Positions 48,900 to 58,164 of a DNA stretch of 64,000 bases are shown one piece after another. This stretch comes from Caulobacteraceae bacterium (GTDB lineage: Bacteria; Pseudomonadota; Alphaproteobacteria; Caulobacterales; Caulobacteraceae): the NCBI GenBank assembly GCA_036500495.1, contig DASYBX010000047.1:5888-69887 (forward strand), written 5' to 3'. The notes under the pieces were generated by a model, which was not told the DNA's origin, ran no database searches, and saw nothing but the letters and a program-made list of their open reading frames with translations. The first letter of the stretch is position 1, and each line of letters starts with the position of its first letter. Both the position numbers and the translations under genes were made by a program.

Positions 48900-49622
48900 A
48901 TGGCGAGAATCACCCTGGTCGACGACGACGAGAACATCGTCGCTTCCGTTTCACTGGCGCTCGAGAGCCACGGCCACCAGGTCAAGGCCTACTACGACGG
49001 GGCGACCGGCCTGCAGGCGCTGGAGGCTGATCCGCCGGACCTCGCCATCCTCGACGTAAAAATGCCGCGGATGGACGGGATGGAGGTGCTGCGCCGCCTG
49101 CGCCAAACGTCGAACACGCCAGTGATCATCCTCACGTCCAAGGACGAAGAAATCGACGAGATCCTGGGCTTCAACCTGGGCGCCGACGACTACATCCACA
49201 AGCCGTTCAGCCAGAGGCTGCTGATCGAGCGGGTGAAGGCGGTGCTGCGCCGGGCCGGCGCGGACGCGGCCGATCGCTCCAGCGCCGCCGGCCCCGCGCC
49301 GGGCGCGGCCGCGGCGGCCCGCGCCATCAAGCGCGGCAAGCTGACCCTCGATCCCGAGCGCCATGATTCCCTGTGGGACGGGCGGCCGGTGAAACTGACC
49401 GTCACCGAATTCCTGCTGCTGCAGGCCCTGGCCCAGCGGCCCGGCTTCGTGAAGAGCCGCGACAACCTGATGGACGCCGCCTACGAGGACCAGGTCTACG
49501 TGGACGACCGCACCATCGACAGCCACATCAAGCGCATGCGTAAGAAGTTCCGGCAGGTCGATCCGGAGTTCGATGCGATCGAAACCCTCTATGGCGTCGG
49601 CTATCGCTACCGAGAAGCCTGA
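48900..49622 (+). CDS. chvI: OmpR-family response regulator ChvI
   Basis: Near-colinear with rhizobial ChvI: [14 protein letters not shown]..., [84 protein letters not shown]. Confidence 0.9.
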   Translation: MARITLVDDDENIVASVSLALESHGHQVKAYYDGATGLQALEADPPDLAILDVKMPRMDGMEVLRRLRQTSNTPVIILTSKDEEIDEILGFNLGADDYIHKPFSQRLLIERVKAVLRRAGADAADRSSAAGPAPGAAAAARAIKRGKLTLDPERHDSLWDGRPVKLTVTEFLLLQALAQRPGFVKSRDNLMDAAYEDQVYVDDRTIDSHIKRMRKKFRQVDPEFDAIETLYGVGYRYREA

Positions 49623-49647
49623 CCGCCGCTGGTTCGGAAGGGCAGGC

Positions 49648-51300
49648 GTGGGCGCGGCCGGCGCGGACGGCCGGCGCCGCTGGCTGCCTGGATCGCGCCT
49701 CGGCCGGCTGATCATCTCCCTGAATCTGGTCGGCCTGGTGATCCTGATCGTCGGGGTCCTGGTGCTGAACGAGTTCCGCCAGGGCCTGATCCAGGCGCGC
49801 ACCGACTCCCTGCGCATCCAGGGCCAGTTCATGGACGAGCTGCTGGTGATCAGCGCCACCCGGGGCGATCCCGAGCCGACGCTCGACGCCGAGATGGCAA
49901 GCCAGCTGCTGCAGGTGCTGTCGATCCCCTCGTCCCAGCGGGTGCGGCTGTTCGACCGCTACGGCCAGGTGATCTTTGACAGCGAACTGGTGGCCGACAA
50001 GGTCGAGCAGACCCTGCTGCCGCCAGCGCACAAGCGCGGCGACAAGCCCCTGAGGCCGCCCAGCCTGCTGCCGCGCGAGCCCGAGGCCAAGCGCGAGGCG
50101 GAAGCGCGGGCCGCCCTGCAGCACGAGGTCAAGGCCGCGCTCGGCGGACAGCTGGTCGTGGGGGGCCTGCGCACCACGGCCGCCGGAGAGCGGGTGGTGT
50201 CGGTATCGCTGCCGGTGCAGCACGAGAAGGCGGTGCTGGGCGTGCTGACGCTCGAGGCCGGCGACATCGACAAGATCATCGCCGCCCAGCGCCTGGCCAT
50301 GATCCCCTTCATCCTGGTGGCCATCGTCGCCAGTGTGTTCACCTCGCTGCTGCTCAGCGCCCTGATCGCCCAGCCGGTGTTGCGCCTGGCGCGGGCCGCC
50401 GACCGCGTGCGCCAGGCCCGCGCCCGCGCCATCTCCCTGCCCGATCTCGCCCGACGGGACGACGAGCTCGGCGACCTGACCCGCTCGCTGGAGGCGATGA
50501 CCGACGCCCTCTCGACCCGCATCGACGCCATCGAGAGCTTCGCCGCCGACGTCGCGCACGAGATCCGCAACCCCCTGACCTCGATCCGTTCGGCCATCGA
50601 CACCCTGCCCCTGGTCAAGGACGAGACCAAGCGCGAGCGGCTCAACGCCATCCTGCAGCAGGACATCCAACGCCTGGACCGGCTGATCACCGACATCTCC
50701 AACGCCTCGCGCCTGGACGCGGAGCTGTCGCGCGAGCCGCCCCGCGCCTTCGACCTGGGGCGCCTGCTGTCGGAATTCGTCGGCCACTACAACGCCAGCG
50801 CCCGCAAGGGCGACGCGCCGGTGCAGTTCACCGACACGGACGGCGACAGCGCCCTGCTGGTGTCCGGACGCGAGGGCCCGATCGGCCAGGTGTTCCGCAA
50901 CCTGATCGACAACGCCCGCTCGTTCTCGCCGCCGGGCGGCAAGGTGCGGGTGCAGGTCGGACGCGTGGGCCGCAAGGTGACCGCCACCGTCGACGACGAC
51001 GGCCCGGGCGTCCCACCCGACAACCTGGAGACCGTGTTCGAGCGCTTCTACACCTCGCGGCCCAAGGGCGCCGCCTTCGGCCACAACTCCGGCCTTGGCC
51101 TGTCGATCGCCCGGCAGATCGTCGAGGCCCACGGCGGACGCATCTGGGCCGAGAACCGGCAGGACGCCGAGGGCAAGGTCGAAGGCGCCCGCTTCGCCGT
51201 GGAGTTTCCCGAGGCGCCGAGCGCACGGCCGCCCGGCTGGCACGGCCATGACGCCTCCGACCGTCACGGATCGGACCGGCCGGATCGGCACGGGCGATGA
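49648..51300 (+). CDS. chvG: sensor histidine kinase ChvG
   Basis: Two TM helices flanking a periplasmic domain. H-box FAADVAHEIRNPLTSI. RNLIDNARSFSPPGG, DDGPGVP, GLGLSIARQIVEAHGG. Start (GTG 49648) is uncertain within ORF 49573..51300. Confidence 0.85.
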   Translation: MGAAGADGRRRWLPGSRLGRLIISLNLVGLVILIVGVLVLNEFRQGLIQARTDSLRIQGQFMDELLVISATRGDPEPTLDAEMASQLLQVLSIPSSQRVRLFDRYGQVIFDSELVADKVEQTLLPPAHKRGDKPLRPPSLLPREPEAKREAEARAALQHEVKAALGGQLVVGGLRTTAAGERVVSVSLPVQHEKAVLGVLTLEAGDIDKIIAAQRLAMIPFILVAIVASVFTSLLLSALIAQPVLRLARAADRVRQARARAISLPDLARRDDELGDLTRSLEAMTDALSTRIDAIESFAADVAHEIRNPLTSIRSAIDTLPLVKDETKRERLNAILQQDIQRLDRLITDISNASRLDAELSREPPRAFDLGRLLSEFVGHYNASARKGDAPVQFTDTDGDSALLVSGREGPIGQVFRNLIDNARSFSPPGGKVRVQVGRVGRKVTATVDDDGPGVPPDNLETVFERFYTSRPKGAAFGHNSGLGLSIARQIVEAHGGRIWAENRQDAEGKVEGARFAVEFPEAPSARPPGWHGHDASDRHGSDRPDRHGR

Positions 51301-51737
51301 CCGAACCGTTCCACGCCGGCCTGATCGCCCTCTACGATCGCGGCGGCTGGAAGGGCGTGCTGATCGAGGGGGCCAGCGCCGCGGGCAAGAGCGACCTGGC
51401 CCTGCGCTGCCTGTCGCTGGGCTTTCGCCTCGTAGCCGACGACCGCACGCGGCTGTGGATCGCCGAGGGGCGGCTGTTCGGAGCCGCGCCCGAGCCCATC
51501 GCCGGCCTGATCGAGCTGCGCGGCCTGGGCGTCCTGCCCGAATCGGCGCGGACGTTCGCGCAAGTGAGGCTGGTGGTCCGCTGCCTGGCCGCCTCCGAGC
51601 CGCTGGATCGCTATCCCGATCCCGACACGCGCACCCTGATCGGCATAACCTTGCCCAAGGTGGCCGTGCGGCCTTTGGAAGCGTCAGCGCCGCAGAAGCT
51701 GCTTCGCGCGTTGAGTCTGCTTGGAGGCGCGGGCTAA
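51297..51737 (+). CDS. hprK: truncated HPr kinase/phosphorylase (C-terminal domain only, alphaproteobacterial type)
   Basis: 146 aa. P-loop GASAAGKSDLAL, LVADDRT, IELRGLGV. ATGA overlap with chvG. Confidence 0.85.
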   Translation: MTEPFHAGLIALYDRGGWKGVLIEGASAAGKSDLALRCLSLGFRLVADDRTRLWIAEGRLFGAAPEPIAGLIELRGLGVLPESARTFAQVRLVVRCLAASEPLDRYPDPDTRTLIGITLPKVAVRPLEASAPQKLLRALSLLGGAG

Positions 51738-51795
51738 GAGCGCTATCTAGCGCCGCTGCGGCGCAGCGCGGGGGGGACCCGGTGGAAGGTCGTTT

Positions 51796-52200
51796 ATGAT
51801 CGGGCTCGTGATCGTCACCCACGGGCGGTTGGCTGAAGAATTCGTGCTCGCCATGGAGCACGTGGTCGGACCGCAACGGAACGTGAAGGCGGTCTGCATC
51901 GGGCCTGACGACGACATGGAGCGACGTCGGGCCGACATCCTGCAGGCGGCCAAGGCTGTGGACGAGGGCCAGGGCGTGATCCTGCTGACCGACATGTTCG
52001 GCGGCACGCCCTCCAACCTCGCCATTTCGGTGATGGAGCAGACCCGGGCCGAGGTCATCGCCGGGCTGAACCTGCCCATGCTGATCAAGCTGGCCAGCGT
52101 GCGCGGCCGCGAGAACCTGCAGACCTGCGTGGCCTACGCCCAGGAGGCCGGCCGCAAGTACATCTCAGTCGCTTCCTACGTCCTGGCCGGCGAGAAATAG
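51796..52200 (+). CDS. PTS EIIA component, mannose family (PTS-Ntr associated)
   Basis: IGLVIVTHGRLAEE (active-site His) and LTDMFGGTPSN. Confidence 0.9.
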   Translation: MIGLVIVTHGRLAEEFVLAMEHVVGPQRNVKAVCIGPDDDMERRRADILQAAKAVDEGQGVILLTDMFGGTPSNLAISVMEQTRAEVIAGLNLPMLIKLASVRGRENLQTCVAYAQEAGRKYISVASYVLAGEK

Positions 52201-52206
52201 TCGTCC

Positions 52207-52479
52207 ATGGCGTTGTCGCAGGTGGTCGAAATCGTCAATGAGCGAGGGCTGCACGCCCGCGCCTCTGCCAAGTTCGTCAAGCTGGCCGCCGCCTTCGACG
52301 CCGAGGTCACCGTCAGCCGCGACGGCGCGACCGTGGACGCCCGCTCGATCATGGGGCTGATGATGCTGGCCGCCGGCCTCGGCTCGACCATCGAGATCGC
52401 CGCCGAGGGCCCGGAGGCGAAACCCGCGCTCGACGCGCTCGTTGAACTGGTCCAGGGGCGGTTTGACGAGGACCAGTAG
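52207..52479 (+). CDS. ptsH: phosphocarrier protein HPr/NPr
   Basis: GLHARASAKFV (His-15 region) and a regulatory Ser-like SIMGLMML region. Confidence 0.92.
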   Translation: MALSQVVEIVNERGLHARASAKFVKLAAAFDAEVTVSRDGATVDARSIMGLMMLAAGLGSTIEIAAEGPEAKPALDALVELVQGRFDEDQ

Positions 52480-52554
52480 CGCCGGTCGGCGTTTGCGGAG
52501 AAAATGGAGCCGCACCCGGACCGCGCTCGAGTAGCGCAGCGGTAGCGCATCAAG

Positions 52555-54114
52555 ATGCCTGACCAAGAGATAGAGCTGAAGTTCGAGGTCGACGCGGCCG
52601 CCGCCCGCAAGCTGGAGCAGGTGCTGCTGGTGCGCCCCGGCGCGAAGACGGCGCCCAGCCCCGAGCGCATGGTCTCGGCCTATTACGACACGCCCGAATG
52701 CGCCCTGATGAAGGCCGGCTTCGGCCTCAGGGTGCGCGAAGTCGACGGCCGCCGCGTCCAGACGCTCAAGTCCGAACAGGAAGGCCTGTCGGTGCGCGGC
52801 GAGTGGGAGACCGAACTGCATGGCGAGGGCCTCGATCTGGAAGCCCTCGAGGACACCCCAGCCGCCTCGCTGATCAAGGCCCTGAACGGCGACCTCCGGC
52901 CTGTGTTCGCCACCCGGGTTGAGCGCACCGCCTATCCCGTGCGCCAGGGCCGCACCAAGATCGAGGCGGCGCTGGACCGCGGCCAGGTCGAAGTCGAGGG
53001 CCGCACCCTGGACCTGTGCGAACTGGAGCTGGAGCTGAAGGGCGGGCCGCACGAGGGCCTCTACGCCCTGGCCAAGCGGCTGATCGAGGCTGCGCCCCTG
53101 CGCCTCAGCTTCGTCAGCAAGGCCGAGCGCGGCTATCGCCTGCTAGGCGGCCAGACCGCCGGCGAGGCGATCAAACAGGCCCGCGTCAAGCTGAAGCCCG
53201 GCATGACGACGCGCCAGGCCTTCCAGGCGATCGCCGCTTCGGCCCTGCGCCAGTGGGTGGGCAATGCGGGGGTGCTGACCCACGCCCGGCGGCCCGAAGC
53301 CCTGCACCAGATGCGCGTCGCCCTGCGCCGGCTGCGCACCGCCATGAAGCTGTTCGAGCCCGTGGTGGCCGACGAGGCCCATGCCCGCCTGACGGGCGAG
53401 CTCAAGTGGCTGGCCGGCGAGCTCGACCTCGGGCGCGACACCGACGTGCTGATCGAAGAGACCTTCCGCCCCGCCGCCCGCCGCCTGCACCAGCAGACCG
53501 GCATGAGCGGCCTGGGCGAGCGCCTGCTCAAGGCCCGCACCAAGGCCTACGACCGGGTGATCGAGGTGCTGGCCCAGCCGCGCCACCTCAACTTGGTGCT
53601 CGACATGGCCGCCTGGATCGACTGCGGCCGCTGGGCCGACCCGGCCGATCCGCGCCACGGCCCCTTGGGCGAGCGCCCGATCGAGGCCATGGCCCGCGAA
53701 GGCCTCGACAAGCTGCGCCGCCAGATCAAGAGGCGGGGCAAGGACCTGCAGCGCCTGGACCCCGAGCGCCGGCACAAGCTGCGCATCCGCGCCAAGCGCC
53801 TGCGCTATGGCCTGGAGTTCTTCGCCAGCCTCTATGATCACGACAAGGACCGGCTCAGGGCCATGCTCGAGGCGCTCAAGGGTCTGCAGGACGGCCTCGG
53901 CGTGCTCAATGACGTGGAGGTGGCGCGGGGCAAGGGCCAGGCCCTGGCCGAGGGCGGCGGCCGGGCGGCTGGCGACAGCGAGATCGAGGGGATGCAGGAG
54001 GCCTACGCCATCGGCATGGCCGTCGGCCTGCGCCTGTCGGGCGCCGAGCCCCTGCTGGCCAGGGCGGCCAAGGACTACGACGCCTTGATGGACATCAAGC
54101 CCTTTTGGCGGTGA
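52555..54114 (+). CDS. CYTH (triphosphate tunnel metalloenzyme) - CHAD domain protein
   Basis: N-terminal EIELKFEV (ExExK), later LCELELELK. C-terminal helical CHAD with HQMRVALRRLRTAMKLF and HKLRIRAKRLRYGLEFF. Confidence 0.85.
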   Translation: MPDQEIELKFEVDAAAARKLEQVLLVRPGAKTAPSPERMVSAYYDTPECALMKAGFGLRVREVDGRRVQTLKSEQEGLSVRGEWETELHGEGLDLEALEDTPAASLIKALNGDLRPVFATRVERTAYPVRQGRTKIEAALDRGQVEVEGRTLDLCELELELKGGPHEGLYALAKRLIEAAPLRLSFVSKAERGYRLLGGQTAGEAIKQARVKLKPGMTTRQAFQAIAASALRQWVGNAGVLTHARRPEALHQMRVALRRLRTAMKLFEPVVADEAHARLTGELKWLAGELDLGRDTDVLIEETFRPAARRLHQQTGMSGLGERLLKARTKAYDRVIEVLAQPRHLNLVLDMAAWIDCGRWADPADPRHGPLGERPIEAMAREGLDKLRRQIKRRGKDLQRLDPERRHKLRIRAKRLRYGLEFFASLYDHDKDRLRAMLEALKGLQDGLGVLNDVEVARGKGQALAEGGGRAAGDSEIEGMQEAYAIGMAVGLRLSGAEPLLARAAKDYDALMDIKPFWR

Positions 54115-54188
54115 AGGCTTTTTCGGCGCTACCGGCCTTGCGACCTGCTCGAGCGCGTTCTGCGCGCCGCGCGCCTGCGGCCTCAATC

Positions 54189-54208
54189 ATATAAAGCTTT
54201 CTTTATAT
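54189..54208. promoter_or_regulatory. AT-rich perfect inverted repeat upstream of ahcY
   Basis: ATATAAAG-cttt-CTTTATAT, 65 bp upstream of ATG 54273. Sits in a local AT-rich patch unusual for this genome. Confidence 0.3.
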
Positions 54209-54272
54209 CTCCGTTGCGAGCAAGGCCGCGCGCCGCTATAGAGGCGGGCAGACCAAAGAGGAGCCTGCCGTC

Positions 54273-55664
<1,392 letters not shown>

Positions 55665-55674
55665 CAGGAAACCC

Positions 55675-55710
55675 AGGGCGGCCTCCCCCGCAATCCGCAG
55701 AGGCCGCCCT
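55675..55710. terminator. 11-bp perfect hairpin between convergent ahcY and the downstream gene
   Basis: agggcggcctc (55675-55685) / gaggccgccct (55700-55710). No T-tract. Confidence 0.45.
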
Positions 55711-56195
55711 CACCCATGCTCCCTTCGGGCCCGTTCCGCGGCCTCGCAAAGGTCAAGCAGGCTCTTCGGCAGGTCTCTCAAGTCGACGTGAGCGCAATCG
55801 AGGCCGGCCCGCAGGCGCGAGTCGGCATGGGCGATCGCGTCGCGGTAGGGTGCGCGATAGAGCGGGTCGTCGTCCTCCAGACGGCTGGTGGCGACGGGGC
55901 TCGGCGCCTCAGGATCGGACAGGGCGACGTCGAAGGGGGCGGGCTGTTCCGGCAGGGAGATCGACTTGGGCTGCGGAGAGTCCGGCAGGGGGGCCTCCTG
56001 CGCCGCCGCCGCCAGACGGGCGTCCTGCCAGTGCGGACGGATCAGCTGCACGATCATCAGCGGCGCGTGGACATCGGAAGGGGCGGAACGGTTCGCCAGG
56101 CTGAGCTGGGCGACGGGCAGCAGGGCGAGGGCGGCCAGCAGGTGGACCGCCGCCGCCGCCGCGAGTCCGAGCGCTCGCTGACGCGACCGTCTCAT
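55710..56195 (-). CDS. hypothetical membrane-anchored protein
   Basis: MRRSRQRALGLAAAAAVHLLAALALLPV anchor followed by a Pro-rich region. No domain recognised. Confidence 0.4.
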   Translation of the reverse strand: MRRSRQRALGLAAAAAVHLLAALALLPVAQLSLANRSAPSDVHAPLMIVQLIRPHWQDARLAAAAQEAPLPDSPQPKSISLPEQPAPFDVALSDPEAPSPVATSRLEDDDPLYRAPYRDAIAHADSRLRAGLDCAHVDLRDLPKSLLDLCEAAERARREHG

Positions 56196-56259
56196 CCGCC
56201 TCTTCTCGTCAGACGCTGCACATGCGGGCACAGTATCACCAGACGATGGGATTGCGACC

Positions 56260-56691
56260 TCAGCGGCTTTTCGGCAACCGCGCCTCGAGAACCGCCCGCG
56301 GGCCCAGCATCTGGGTCAAGGCCCAGCCGAAGTAGCTGGAGCGGCTCATCCCCATCTGCGCCGCCTGGGCGTCGACCCGCTCGATCAGGGACTTGGGCAG
56401 GTAGACGTTGACCCGCTCCGACAGGTCCGGCGGGGTCACCCGTACGGCGAACCGCACCACCAGGTCGCAGTCGTGGGGGATGTCGAAGTCGTCGAGGTGG
56501 GACGGGACCGGCAGCAGCTTGCCGTGGAGCGCCAAATCCTCCGCCGCCTCGGCCAACACATGTTCGGCCTTGGCCATGGCTTCGTCCTGCGTGGCTGCGC
56601 CGGCGACAACCCCGGGGAAGTCTGGGAACCAGATGGCGTAGGCCCCGCCTTCACCGCTCTCCAGCACCGCCGGATAGAACACCGCTCGCAT
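56260..56691 (-). CDS. hicB: HicB-family antitoxin with C-terminal RHH/CopG DNA-binding domain
   Basis: AVFYPAVLESGEGGAYAIWFPDFPGVVAGAATQDEAMAKAEHVLAEA (HicB fold) and VNVYLPKSLIERVDAQAAQMGMSRSSYF (RHH). Confidence 0.8.
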   Translation of the reverse strand: MRAVFYPAVLESGEGGAYAIWFPDFPGVVAGAATQDEAMAKAEHVLAEAAEDLALHGKLLPVPSHLDDFDIPHDCDLVVRFAVRVTPPDLSERVNVYLPKSLIERVDAQAAQMGMSRSSYFGWALTQMLGPRAVLEARLPKSR

Positions 56692-56698
56692 GAGGCCT

Positions 56699-56724
56699 CC
56701 ACGTGTGTGATTTCACACACGTGG
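56699..56724. promoter_or_regulatory. perfect 12-bp-arm palindrome overlapping the hicB ribosome-binding region
   Basis: CCACGTGTGTGA-tt-TCACACACGTGG. Ends 8 nt from the hicB ATG. On the minus strand its last bases form GGAGG. Confidence 0.55.
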
Positions 56725-57024
56725 ACAATAGCATTGCCGGAGGTGGGCGTCAGCGGGGAAAGGCAGGGTGGTGATCGGGCGGGCCTAGACCTCCCGCCCG
56801 ATCACTGCGCGGGCTGGCGGCTATGGCTCAAGCCGCCGCGCCCGCTGCGACTGGAGCTTAGGCGAGGGATGTATACAGGTCCAGACCCCTCCGAACGCCG
56901 TTCTTCTTTTTGTTTGCGCTTTCGACTGGCGGCGATCCGGTCGGATTTCGTCGCGCGATCGCCGACGGCGACTTCAGCGCGTGGACGATTTCCTCCGCCA
57001 TCGTGGTGCTCTAAGACGCGCGCC

Positions 57025-58164
57025 ATGGCCGCCCTTCCCGATCTCGCCGACTGTCTGTGCCCGCCGAAGTTCGATCCGGTGGCGCAGGTCTTCCGGGCCA
57101 ACTTCGAGGGCGACTTCCCCGAGCTCGGCGCGCGCTTCGTCGCCTGCATCGAGGGCGAGCCCGTGCTGGACCTGTGGGGCGGTCACGCCGACCGCGCGCG
57201 GATCGTCCCGTTCGACCGGAACGCCCTGGCCCCGGTGTTCTCCACCTCCAAGGCGGTCACCAGCCTGATGCTGGCCTGGCGGATCGGCCGGGGCGGCATC
57301 GCCTATGACGAACCGATGACCCAGCTCTGGCCCGAGTTCGGCCAGGCCGGCAAGGGCGGGCTCACGGTCGAGCAGGTGCTGTCGCACCAGGCGGGCCTTT
57401 CCGGCCTGCGCGGGCCGCTCGACCCCGACATCTGGTTCGACTGGGACGCGGTGGTCCAGCAGTTGGAGCTCGCCCAGCCCTTGTGGCCGCCGGGCACGGC
57501 GTCGGGCTACGAACCGATGACCTTCGGCTACCTGGCCGGCGAGCTGTTCCGCCGGGCCGACGGACGCAGCCTGGGCCACGCCCTCAGGACCGAGCTGGCC
57601 GAGCCGCTGGGCCTCGACTTCTGGATCGGCCTGCCGGAGGCCGAGGACGCGCGCGTCTGCCAGGTGCAGCGCCCCCCGGCCATGCCGGAGCTCGGTCCGC
57701 TGACCGAGGCCAAGCGCCTGGCCTTCCTGGAGCCCTGGTCCGCGGTGGCCTCGCGCGACGTGCGTCGCTGGCGGGCCGCGGAGAGCCCTGGCGCCAACGG
57801 CCACGGCACGGCCCTGGCCCTGGCCCGCGCCATGGCGGTGCTGGCCTGCGACGGCGAAGTCGACGGCTGCGAGATCCTGCCCCATGGCGTGGCCCTGGAG
57901 GCCGCCGCCGCCCGCATCACCGGGCCCGATCAGGTGCTGCCCTATAGCCTGAGCTGGGGCGCGGGCTTCCTGAGGAACGAGGGCCTGGGCATCTACGGCC
58001 CTTCGGCCCACGCCTTCGGCCATTCCGGCTGGGGCGGTTCGTGCGCGGTGGCGGACCCGGAGCGGCGGCTGAGCTTCGCCTACGTGATGAACCGCCAGAG
58101 CGCCTACCTGATCGGCGACCCCCGCTCGCACCGCCTGATCGACGCGCTCTACAGCTGCCTCTAG
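57025..58164 (+). CDS. serine hydrolase, beta-lactamase/esterase family (class C-like)
   Basis: S-x-x-K motif FSTSKAV. 379 aa from ATG 57025. The upstream part of track ORF 56473..58164 is non-coding. Confidence 0.85.
   Translation: MAALPDLADCLCPPKFDPVAQVFRANFEGDFPELGARFVACIEGEPVLDLWGGHADRARIVPFDRNALAPVFSTSKAVTSLMLAWRIGRGGIAYDEPMTQLWPEFGQAGKGGLTVEQVLSHQAGLSGLRGPLDPDIWFDWDAVVQQLELAQPLWPPGTASGYEPMTFGYLAGELFRRADGRSLGHALRTELAEPLGLDFWIGLPEAEDARVCQVQRPPAMPELGPLTEAKRLAFLEPWSAVASRDVRRWRAAESPGANGHGTALALARAMAVLACDGEVDGCEILPHGVALEAAAARITGPDQVLPYSLSWGAGFLRNEGLGIYGPSAHAFGHSGWGGSCAVADPERRLSFAYVMNRQSAYLIGDPRSHRLIDALYSCL

Noticed and set aside
49528-51876. 782-aa minus-strand ORF
   Set aside because: Antisense to chvG/hprK, which carry clear kinase motifs.
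54115-54272. SAH riboswitch upstream of ahcY
   Set aside because: I could not find the conserved SAH-riboswitch core or pseudoknot segments by eye. An Rfam scan would still be the decisive test.
56725-57024. HicA toxin gene or other small ORF upstream of hicB (including track ORF 56802..57149)
   Set aside because: The listed ORF is Arg/Ser/Gly-rich with no HicA-like pattern, and no 60-80 aa ORF with SD was found. The region contains only a 13-bp-stem hairpin (gtgatcgggcggg / cccgcccgatcac).
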